A stretch of 64,000 nt of DNA. Source: an uncultured Pseudomonadota bacterium. GTDB taxonomy: Bacteria; Vulcanimicrobiota; Vulcanimicrobiia; Eremiobacterales; Eremiobacteraceae. Made by a program: the position numbers and the translations under genes. Location: positions 1,952,001 through 2,016,000 of the forward strand of contig CAVTNB010000001.1 of assembly GCA_963736005.1 (NCBI GenBank). The letters are read 5' to 3'. Positions 11,909-21,119 of this stretch are shown in pieces. Position 1 is the first letter of the stretch, and every line of letters begins with the position of its first letter. Under the pieces are notes generated by a model that was not told the origin of the DNA, did no database searches, and was given only the letters and a program-made list of their open reading frames with translations.

Positions 11909-12484
11909 ATGCACGACATGCACTGGTCATTTGAAGTTTTCAACGCGGCAGCCGCTATCGGCACGTTCTTTGTTATTTTGGCAACGGCAATTGCAGCCGT
12001 GTACGAATTGCGCCACATTCAGGCCAAGACGCAACTGCAAGCGCTCGTCGCCATCCTCCAGGATTTTCGCAGCGAAGAGCTTCAGGAAGCCTTGCGCTAT
12101 GTGCAATCCTATTTAGATCAGAAGATGCACGACCAGCGATATCGCGAGGAGCTTGCGGCGATAGGTTTCGTTGATGCTCGGGTCCATCCGGAAATGACGG
12201 TGTGTAACTGGTTCAACGAAATGGGCACGCTCGTGAAGAATGAGATCGTGGCCTCCGATGTCTTTTTGGATCAGTTTGCCAGACTCATCAATCAATATTG
12301 GAAGATCCTCGCTCCGACCATCGCCATATTGCGCCGCCATCGCGGTGATCTGCAGTATCAGAATTTTGAGTACCTTGCGGCCCTCTCGATGCGATGGGTC
12401 ACGCGACATCCTCAGGGAATCTATCCACAACGCGTCCCTCATATGCAGATCCAAGACATCTGGCTCGAGGCTGACAAAAACTGA
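11909..12484 (+). CDS. Membrane-anchored hypothetical protein, DUF4760-like
   Basis: N-terminal TM helix; CNWFNEMGTLVK and YQNFEYLA motifs; family call is from recall only. Confidence 0.55.
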   Translation: MHDMHWSFEVFNAAAAIGTFFVILATAIAAVYELRHIQAKTQLQALVAILQDFRSEELQEALRYVQSYLDQKMHDQRYREELAAIGFVDARVHPEMTVCNWFNEMGTLVKNEIVASDVFLDQFARLINQYWKILAPTIAILRRHRGDLQYQNFEYLAALSMRWVTRHPQGIYPQRVPHMQIQDIWLEADKN

Positions 12485-12530
12485 GCCTACGGGAAGCTAG
12501 GCCACACTTCGTGAACTAAAACAGGACACC

Positions 12531-12647
12531 ATGGATACCGTAGGCCAGGCGCCCAAAGCGCTACCAACCGGTACTGTAGCCTTTTTGTTCACCGACATCG
12601 AGGGGTCGACCGAGAACCTTGCGATCGAGGAGGTCGCGCGTGTCTGA
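12531..12647 (+). pseudogene. Collapsed remnant of a cyclase-STAND-TPR gene (38 codons)
   Basis: MDTVGQAPKALPTGTVAFLFTDIEGSTE-NLAIEEVARV*: N-terminal cyclase motif fused directly to the family's C-terminal motif. Confidence 0.85.
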
Positions 12648-15400
12648 AGCTATAGCCGAGCGCAAGCCGCTCCCGAGCGGCACCGTCACCTTCCTTTTTA
12701 CGGACATCGAAGGCTCGACCGAGCGCTGGGAGCGTTATCGCGAGCCGATGAAGGCTGCCGTTCGCGAGCACGAAGAGCTCATCCGCTCAGCCGTTCGCGC
12801 ACACAACGGTTACGTCTTCAAGACTATGGGTGACGCTTTGTGCGCTGCCTTCTACAACGTCGCCGATGCGATCGCTGCGGCGCTCAAGGCCCAACTCGCT
12901 TTAGTTAAAGAAGACTGGGCGAACGTTGGTGGTCTGAAAGTTCGCATGGCTATTCATACTGGCCACACAGACGAGCGACAGGGCGACTACTTTGGCCCGG
13001 CCGTCAATCGCGTTGCGCGCTTGCTTGCAATCGGTCACGGAGGTCAAATACTCGTTTCAGGCGCGAGCGCCGATCTTTCTCAAGGAGAACTTCCCCCGCA
13101 GGCAGCGCTCCGTGACTTGGGGGCTCACAGGTTAAAAGATTCTCACCCATCCGGAGCAAGTCTATCAACTTGTTTCTCCCGATCTTGCGCCCGAATTTCC
13201 GCCGCTCCGATCCCTCGAAGCGCTCCCCAACAATTTGCCGCTCCAGATCACAAGCTTCGTCGGAAGGGAGCTTGAGCTTCTGACCGTATCGGAAGCGCTC
13301 GCGAAGCATCGGCTGGTCACGCTGGTTGGTGCGGGTGGCGTGGGAAAAACGCGGCTCGCGTTGCAGGCGGGTGCGGATTTCCTTGATCGTTACGAAGATG
13401 GTGTCTGGCTCGTCGAGCTCGCGCCAATCTCGGACCCGGCGCTCGTTCCGAGCGCCGTCGCATCGATCTTTCACGTTCGCGAGGGCGAAAATCGCACCGT
13501 CACAGAGGCTCTTCTCCACGCTCTCAAGCCGCGTCGGGCGCTGATTATCTTCGACAACTGCGAACACGTTGTCGAAGCAGCGGCGCGCCTGATCGATGCT
13601 ATTCTTCGAAACTGCCCACATGTTCGCATCATTGCCACAAGCCGGCAAGGCCTGAGCATCGCCGGTGAAGCCGTGCATCGGGTGGCGTCCCTTGCCGTTC
13701 CGGAGGCACAAAAGGAGCTCACTGCCGAGCAAGCGATGCAGCATGGCGCGGTCGCTCTCTTCGTCGAGCGAGCGATTGCGGCGACCGAGTCATTCCGCTT
13801 GACTGACCAAAATGCATCGATTGTCGCCCGCTTATGCCAGCGCTTGGACGGGATTGCCCTCGCCATCGAACTGGCTGCTCCGCGCCTCAAGGCCCTCAGC
13901 GTCGAGCAGCTGGAGAACAAACTCAACGAGCGGTTTCGCATTCTTACAGGCGGCAGTCGCACGGCTTTACCCCGCCAGCAAACGATGCGCGCGCTCGTGG
14001 ATTGGAGCTACGAGTTACTCACCGAAGATGAAAAGACTCTCTTCCGTAGAGTAGCCGTGTTTGGCGGCAGCTGGACCCTTGATGCCGCGGGCGCGATCTG
14101 TGCTGATGACAAGCTCGAAGAGTGGGCTGTCCTCGACCTCCTGCAATCCTTGGTCGACAAGTCCATGGTGGTCGCAAAGCTGTCAGGTTCGGAGCAGCGC
14201 TACCGGCTGCTCGAATCAACGCGACAATATGCGCACGAGTTGTTGGAAAAAAGCGGCGAACTCGAACCGATGCAAATCCGTCACGCTGCCTTGTACCTTG
14301 ACCTAGCAACACGTGCGGAGTCACTGTACTGGTCGACGCCGACTCGCGCATGGGTAGCTCTGCTCGAGCCAGACAATGACAATCTTCGCGCCGCACTTGA
14401 TTGGGCACTTGGGGAAAAGCGCGACATCGAGCTAGGAAGTGCCCTAGCGGCCAAGCTAGCGAGATATTGGCACATCACAGTATACGAGGCTGAAGGCAGA
14501 GCGCGCATTGAATCTGCGCTTGCCTTAAGTGATGATATCAGCTCAAAAGAAACGATTGCTACCCTATGGTTAGGGCTCAGGCTTCTTGTCAGCAATGCAG
14601 GGAGTGCCTGGGACGCCCTCGGGGAGATCTCGCAACGAGCATTTGAATTAAATCGAGAGCTCGGCAATGAGGAGGGCATGACGGTAGCGCTCACGGGTAT
14701 CGCTGAGAGACATATTCGGCAATTTAGACACGATGAAGCAAAAAAGCTATTGGACGAAGCCCTCGCGCTTGCTCAGAAAATCGAAAATCGTCGTCTGATC
14801 GGAACTATAAAATCAGCGATGGCACGAAATCTTCACTTTGGTGGTAGAACTGATGAAGCACGCAGCTATTATGCGGAGGCGCTCGGCATTGCGCGCGCTC
14901 AGGGGGACGACCGGCTCCGAAGCACGATTGTCGGCAACCTCGGCGAGGTGGAGTTTCAGCAAGGCGACGCTCTTCGAGCGCTGGAGCTAGGCCGCGAAAG
15001 CGCTGAGTCGATCGGAGCCAACCAGTATATTCCTTTCAACAATATCGCCGCGTACTTGCTGTTTCTTGGCCGATTCGATGAAGCACGCACCGCAGCGCGC
15101 CAGGCGCTGCGGCTGGCCCGGGATTCCCAGGTGAGTGGTCACGTCGCCATCTCCACGCAAAATCTTGCACACGTCGCTACGGCGAAAGGCGATCCTAGGC
15201 TTGCTGCGCGCCTTCTGGGTTATGCAAACAAAGCTCTCGTCCGGCATAACTTTGCCGTTGAATATACCGAGCAGACTACGAATACGAAACTGACCGAGCT
15301 TCTGAAGGAGGCACTTGGTGGAGATGGGCTTGCGCAATTGCTCAAGGAGGGCGAGGGGTTGACTGAAGATCAAGCTGTCGAAGAAGCCCTCAAAATCTAG
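12640..15400 (+). CDS. Class III adenylate/guanylate cyclase + STAND (NB-ARC/AfsR-like) ATPase + TPR protein, copy 1 (one +1 frameshift near 13140)
   Basis: FTDIEGST, KTMGDA, DYFGPAVNRVARL; Walker A GAGGVGKT, Walker B FDNCEH; AAAGATTCTCACC has one extra T relative to paralogous KDL. Confidence 0.9.
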
Positions 15401-15433
15401 CATGCTAGTGCTCATCGCGCAATTGGGTCGCGC

Positions 15434-15527
15434 GTCGCGAATAAATTCGCGACAACTACATTGATCTTGGAAGTAGTCGCGCAAATTTATTTGCGCAAGA
15501 ATGTCGTCGCGCAAATTTATTTGCGCG
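15434..15527. repeat. Cluster of three family-A REPs between cyclase copies 1 and 2
   Basis: One inverted copy (15434-15459) and two direct copies (from 15473 and 15503). Confidence 0.88.
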
Positions 15528-15543
15528 GCATGCGAGGGATCTG

Positions 15544-18309
15544 TTGTCTGAAGCCATAGCCGAACGCAAACCGCTGCCAAGCGGCACCGTCACCTTCCTT
15601 TTCACCGATATCGAAGGATCGACCGAACGCTGGGAGCGTCATCGCGACAAGATGCAAGTGGCTGTGCGCCGCCATGAAGAGATCTTGCAGTTAGCCATTG
15701 CGGCGCACGATGGCTACGTCTTCAAGACCGTGGGAGATGCGTTTTGCGCTACCTTTCGAACCGCGCCGGACGCAATCGGGGCGGCGCTCGACGCTCAGCG
15801 CGCGCTGGCGAAGGAAAATTTCTCGACAGTTGACGGGCTGAGCGTACGGATGGCCGTCCACACCGGTCTCTCATACGAGCGCAGCGGTGACTACTTCGGT
15901 CCAACCGTCAACCGCGTTGCGCGTCTGCTTTCTATCGGCCATGGCGGCCAGGTGCTTGTCTCAGGCACCGCGAGCGATTTAGCGCAAGGCGAATTGCCGC
16001 CGCGAATCACTTTCCGCGATCTCGGCGCACAGCGGCTCAAAGATCTCGCGCAACCCGAGCAAGTATATCAGCTCGTCGCTCCCGACCTGCCACAAGAGTT
16101 TCCGCCGCTGCGCTCCCTGGACGCGCTGCCGAACAATCTACCATTGCAAATCACGAGCTTTGTCGGTCGCGACGAAGAAATCAAAACGATTGAGAAACGT
16201 CTCCAACAGGCGAGACTCTTGACGCTCGTGGGTTCAGGTGGTGTCGGAAAAACAAGGCTGGCTTTGCAAGTAGGTGCGGACCTACTCGATCAATACGAGG
16301 ACGGCGTATGGCTCGTGGAATTCGCGCCGCTCACAGACCCAGATCTCGTCCCAAGCGTGGTTGCGGGCGTTCTCGGCGTTGCTGAAGTCGCGAATCGGTC
16401 GCTCGTCGATTCGATCGTGTACTGGCTCAAACCAAAGCATGCGTTGCTGATCCTCGACAACTGCGAACATGTTGTCGAGGCGGCAGCCAAAATCGTCGAT
16501 GCAATCTTACGCGGCTGTCCTCAGGTACGCCTCATGGTCGCAAGCCGCCAAGGCTTAGGCATGGATGGAGAAACGGTTCACCGCGTTGCGTCCCTCAGCG
16601 TCCCCGAAGGCCAGGATGGGCTGAACGCTCGCGACGCGTTGCAATACGGTGCCGTTGCGCTCTTCCTTGAACGCGCCGCTGCTGCTGTGGAAAACTTCTC
16701 CCTAACCGACGACAACGCAGAGACGGTCGCTCAGATCTGCCGGCGGCTTGACGGCATTGCGCTGGCGATCGAACTCGCCGCGCCTCGCCTCAAGGCGCTG
16801 ACCCTCGATCAACTTTCGCAACGGCTCAACGAGCGCTTTCGCCTGCTGACCGGGGGAAAACGAACCGCTCTTCAGCGACAGCAGACGATGCGAGCCCTCA
16901 TCGACTGGAGCTACGATCTCTTAGCTGACGCAGAGAAAAGGCTTTTGTGGCGTGTCGCCATTTTTGCTGGAGGTTGGACGCTCGACGCCGCCGCGGACGT
17001 TTGCTCGGATGAAAATATCGAAACATGGGATGTCATCGATCTTTTGACCTCACTTGTCGACAAGTCGCTCGTTGCCGCAGAGCTTCACGGTACGTCGCCG
17101 CGCTATAGACTTGGTGAATCGACCCGCGAATATGCTTTGGAGAAGCTTGATGCAAGCGGCGAGCGCCAAAAAATTGCGCGCAAGCACGCAGAATATTTCG
17201 CCAAAGTTGCAGAGAAGGCTGATGCCACGTTCAACACCATGCCACTAGGTACGTGGATCCCGCCGCTGCTTGTCGAGGTAGACAACTTCCGCGCCGCTCT
17301 CGACTGGACGTTAAGCGAAAACCACGACCGTGCTCTCGGTGGAGGTCTGGCCGGCGCGCTTGAAGGCCTCTGGGTCGAGGGAGGCATGGAAGCCGAGGGA
17401 GCCCGCTGGGTGGGAGAGGCGCTTTCGGCAGACAACAGCGAGCTATCCAAAGACATAGTGGCCCGCCTATGGCGAACGCTCTCAGCAATACGCGGCTATG
17501 AGGGGGAGCCGGCGTGCGCCGCAGCCGAGCGCGCATGCGCTCTTTACAAGAGTCTAGGCAACCAGCGTGGGCTTGCACAGTCGCAACTAGCCTTGGCAAA
17601 CGGTCTGTTCCGCATGGGGCGCAACGAAGAGATGAAACAACCCTTACGCGAAGCGACTGCAACCTTCCGCGAACTGGGCGACACGTGGTGGCTCGCCCGA
17701 ACCTTGGACCGCGGGGCTACCCTCGCGCTCATCGAGGGCGACATCGAAGCCGGTCGTAAGGGTTTCAAAGATTCTCTCGCCTTCTATAAGGCACACGGAG
17801 ACGATGCGGGTTGGGATCGCACCCTCGCCAACCTTGCCGAAGTAGAGTTTCAAGCCGGCAACATCGAGCAAGCCATTGCCTACGCAACGGAGGCCAAAGA
17901 GATAGACGAACGCCTCAAACGGAAGTTGCCTCTCGGAGTTACCCTGTGCAATCTTGCCGCGTATCGAATCGCGCTCGACCAAATAGACGAAGCGCGCGCC
18001 GACGCGCGTGCCGCGCTGCGGGCGGGACGCGAAGCGCAATCGACCCAGCATATCTATATAGCCGCGCAGCACCTAGGTCTCATTAGCGCGCTGCGAGGTG
18101 ACCCGCGCGTGGCCGTCCGTCTTGCCGGGTTCGCAAACAAAGGATACAAGGGCTACGGGAATCAGCGCGAGCCAACGGAGCAAATTGCCTACGATAGGCT
18201 TATTTCAACGGTGAGCGAGCACCTAAGCGAAGAAGAGCTGACGGCGCTACTGGCTGAGGGAGCTGCCCTATCAGAAGATCAGGCAGTCGAAGAGGCGCTG
18301 CGTGTCTGA
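15544..18309 (+). CDS. Class III cyclase + STAND ATPase + TPR protein, copy 2
   Basis: 921 aa; same catalytic, Walker A and Walker B motifs; TTG start with GAGGGA RBS. Confidence 0.93.
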   Translation: MSEAIAERKPLPSGTVTFLFTDIEGSTERWERHRDKMQVAVRRHEEILQLAIAAHDGYVFKTVGDAFCATFRTAPDAIGAALDAQRALAKENFSTVDGLSVRMAVHTGLSYERSGDYFGPTVNRVARLLSIGHGGQVLVSGTASDLAQGELPPRITFRDLGAQRLKDLAQPEQVYQLVAPDLPQEFPPLRSLDALPNNLPLQITSFVGRDEEIKTIEKRLQQARLLTLVGSGGVGKTRLALQVGADLLDQYEDGVWLVEFAPLTDPDLVPSVVAGVLGVAEVANRSLVDSIVYWLKPKHALLILDNCEHVVEAAAKIVDAILRGCPQVRLMVASRQGLGMDGETVHRVASLSVPEGQDGLNARDALQYGAVALFLERAAAAVENFSLTDDNAETVAQICRRLDGIALAIELAAPRLKALTLDQLSQRLNERFRLLTGGKRTALQRQQTMRALIDWSYDLLADAEKRLLWRVAIFAGGWTLDAAADVCSDENIETWDVIDLLTSLVDKSLVAAELHGTSPRYRLGESTREYALEKLDASGERQKIARKHAEYFAKVAEKADATFNTMPLGTWIPPLLVEVDNFRAALDWTLSENHDRALGGGLAGALEGLWVEGGMEAEGARWVGEALSADNSELSKDIVARLWRTLSAIRGYEGEPACAAAERACALYKSLGNQRGLAQSQLALANGLFRMGRNEEMKQPLREATATFRELGDTWWLARTLDRGATLALIEGDIEAGRKGFKDSLAFYKAHGDDAGWDRTLANLAEVEFQAGNIEQAIAYATEAKEIDERLKRKLPLGVTLCNLAAYRIALDQIDEARADARAALRAGREAQSTQHIYIAAQHLGLISALRGDPRVAVRLAGFANKGYKGYGNQREPTEQIAYDRLISTVSEHLSEEELTALLAEGAALSEDQAVEEALRV

Positions 18310-21067
18310 AGCAGTGGCCGAACGCGCGCCGCTCCCCACTGGAACCGTTACCTTTCTCTTCAGCGACATCGAAGGTTCAACCGAGCGATGGGAACGCCAC
18401 CGCGAAGATATGAAAGCAGCCGTCGCATGGCACGATACGATCATGCGAAAAGTTCTTGAGGCACACGGCGGTCATATCTTCAAAACCATGGGTGATGCAT
18501 TCTGCGTTGCCTTCAAGACGGCCCCTCAGGCGGTTGCCGCCGCGACCGAAGCGCAACGCGCCATAGAAAATGAAGATTGGTCGAAGGTCGGCGGCATCAG
18601 TGTTAGGATGGCAATCCACACTGGTCTCGCTGACGAGCGCGACGGAGATTACTTCGGTCCAACCGTCAATCGTGTCTCCCGGTTGCTGTCTATCGGTCAT
18701 GGTGGTCAAGTACTCGTCTCCGGTGTGAGCACGGAACTCTCGCAGGGCATGATGCCATCTCAAGCAACGCTGCGCGACCTCGGAGCCCATCGTCTGCGCG
18801 ACTTGATCCAGCCCGAGCAAGTGTATCAACTTCTCGCACCTGGACTGCCCGCAGATTTTCCAGCCCTGCGCTCCCTCGAATCGCTGCCCAACAACCTGCC
18901 GCTCCAGCTGACGCAGCTCGTCGGTCGCGAAAATGATTTGGCTGAGATCGAAGGCCTGCTCGCAAAACACCGGCTCGTCACGCTTGTCGGCGCCGGCGGC
19001 GTCGGGAAGACCAGGCTCTCCTTGCAAGTGGGCGCCGAGGTGCTCGACCGTTTCGAGGACGGCGTTTGGTTTGTCGATCTGGCGCCCCTAAACGATCCGG
19101 CCTTCATCCCGAGCAGACTCGCAGGCGTGTTCAACCTCGGCGATGCGGGTGGGCGGCCGCTGGAAGAAGTCGTGGCCCGTGCGCTCCAGTCTCGCCATCT
19201 GCTCATCATCCTCGACAACTGCGAACACCTCGTCTCCGCTGCAGCTCGCATGGCCGAGCTGCTCTTGCGCGGCTGCCCACACGTTCGCATTCTCGCCAGT
19301 TCCCGAGAGGGGCTCGGTATCGAAGGTGAGATCGTCTTGCGCGTGCCATCGCTCGCGGTGCCGGCCGCGGAGCGCGACATGACGGCGACCGAGGCCGCTC
19401 GTTTCGGTGCCATCGCGCTCTTCGTCGAACGCGCCAACGCCGCTGACCGGCGGTTCGCACTCAACGATAAGAATGCGCCGATCATCGCGCGGATTTGCGA
19501 GCAGCTCGACGGCATTCCGCTAGCCATCGAGATGGCTGCCGCGCGCGTCAAGGTGCTCAGCGTTGAGCAGCTCGCTGGTCGCTTGGAAGATCGTTTTCGC
19601 ATTCTCACCGCCAGCAATCGCACCGCCTTGCCACGCCAGCAGACGATGCGGGCACTGATCGACTGGAGCTACGATCTTCTTTCCGACAACGAGAAGACTG
19701 TCTTTCGACGTTTGAGCGTCTTCGCTGGCGGGTGTGCACTCGATGCCGCGTCGAGCGTGTGCAGCGACGCGTCGCTCGACCCGCTTGACGTGCTCGATCT
19801 GCTGACGGGGCTCGTTGATAAGTCGCTCGTCGTCACGGAGCTCGTGGGCTCCGAGCAACGCTACCGCTTGCTCGCCTCGACGCGCCAATACGCGACCGAG
19901 CTGCTCGAGAAAAGCGGCGAAGCCGACCTCGTGCGGGCGCGTCACGCTGAGTTCTTCAATGATCTCGCGCAAAGGGCCGAGGATGATTGGAGCACGACGC
20001 CGTCGCGAGTCTGGATGGAGCGTCTGTTGCCGGATATCGATAATTTTCGGGCGGCACTCGATTGGGCGGTTACCGCGCGCCACGACGTCGAGCTTGGCGC
20101 TCGCCTGGCTGCATCCCTCAAACTCTTCTGGGTGGGCGGCCCTCAGCCAGAAGAGGGCCGCCGCCGACTCATCGCTGCGGTGCAGGCGATTCCGGGTGCA
20201 ATCCAGCCGGAGTTGGAGGCAAAACTTCGGCACGCCGCAGCCCATCTCGAGATACGCGCGTGGCGCTACGACCCTGCGCGTGAGGCTGGCAACCGCGCGC
20301 TGGAACTCTATACCCAACTCGGAGATCAGAAGGGCGTCGCTTGGGTTTCAAGCATTCTCGGCGAGGCGCTCCTGCGATTGCGCCGACACGATGAGGCGGA
20401 GCGATTGCTTGACCACGCGTTGGATATATTTCAGCGATTGGGTGAATCGCGGATGATCGGCCTCGTTCTTACTCAGAAGGGGCGTAATCTGCATTTCCAG
20501 CAGCGCCACGAAGAGGGATTGGAATTCTATAATCGAGGCTTGGCCTACGCGAAGGACGCAGGCGACGCTGGACTTGTCGACTCCATCGGGAACAACATCG
20601 CCGAGGTCGAGTTCCGCCGAGGTAACGTCGAGAAGGCGCTCGACATCGCCCGCGGCATTCTGCCGAACTATCCGGCTTGGGAGCGCATCGCTCTTGCCCT
20701 TACCCGAGCAAATGTCGCCGCCTACCTCATTTATCTTGGGCGCTTTGATGAAGCGCGGGAAGTCGCACGAGCAGCGATCAAAGACGCGCGGCCCGCCGGG
20801 CCGGTAACCTTCGCCGAGTCAGTGCAACATTTCGCCGCGATCGCCGCGGGTCAACAGCACTGGGAGCAGGCCGCGCGACTACTAGGCTATTGCGATCGCG
20901 CCTATGCCGACCTTGGGACGCTCATCGACTACACGGAGCAGCAAGAACACGATAAACTCGTCGCGGCTCTCAAGAAGAACCTCAAGCCAGAAGTCCTCAC
21001 GACGTTGCTCGCCGAGGGCGCAAATTGGGGCGACGATCGGGTCTACGATGAGGCCTTGAAGGTGTAA
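18302..21067 (+). CDS. Class III cyclase + STAND ATPase + TPR protein, copy 3
   Basis: 921 aa; GTGTCTGA overlap with stop of copy 2; same motifs. Confidence 0.93.
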   Translation: MSEAVAERAPLPTGTVTFLFSDIEGSTERWERHREDMKAAVAWHDTIMRKVLEAHGGHIFKTMGDAFCVAFKTAPQAVAAATEAQRAIENEDWSKVGGISVRMAIHTGLADERDGDYFGPTVNRVSRLLSIGHGGQVLVSGVSTELSQGMMPSQATLRDLGAHRLRDLIQPEQVYQLLAPGLPADFPALRSLESLPNNLPLQLTQLVGRENDLAEIEGLLAKHRLVTLVGAGGVGKTRLSLQVGAEVLDRFEDGVWFVDLAPLNDPAFIPSRLAGVFNLGDAGGRPLEEVVARALQSRHLLIILDNCEHLVSAAARMAELLLRGCPHVRILASSREGLGIEGEIVLRVPSLAVPAAERDMTATEAARFGAIALFVERANAADRRFALNDKNAPIIARICEQLDGIPLAIEMAAARVKVLSVEQLAGRLEDRFRILTASNRTALPRQQTMRALIDWSYDLLSDNEKTVFRRLSVFAGGCALDAASSVCSDASLDPLDVLDLLTGLVDKSLVVTELVGSEQRYRLLASTRQYATELLEKSGEADLVRARHAEFFNDLAQRAEDDWSTTPSRVWMERLLPDIDNFRAALDWAVTARHDVELGARLAASLKLFWVGGPQPEEGRRRLIAAVQAIPGAIQPELEAKLRHAAAHLEIRAWRYDPAREAGNRALELYTQLGDQKGVAWVSSILGEALLRLRRHDEAERLLDHALDIFQRLGESRMIGLVLTQKGRNLHFQQRHEEGLEFYNRGLAYAKDAGDAGLVDSIGNNIAEVEFRRGNVEKALDIARGILPNYPAWERIALALTRANVAAYLIYLGRFDEAREVARAAIKDARPAGPVTFAESVQHFAAIAAGQQHWEQAARLLGYCDRAYADLGTLIDYTEQQEHDKLVAALKKNLKPEVLTTLLAEGANWGDDRVYDEALKV

Positions 21068-21119
21068 GTATGGAGCGCGCGGGGTTCGCGCCCGGAACCG
21101 TGGAACACTCAGGTAAACC

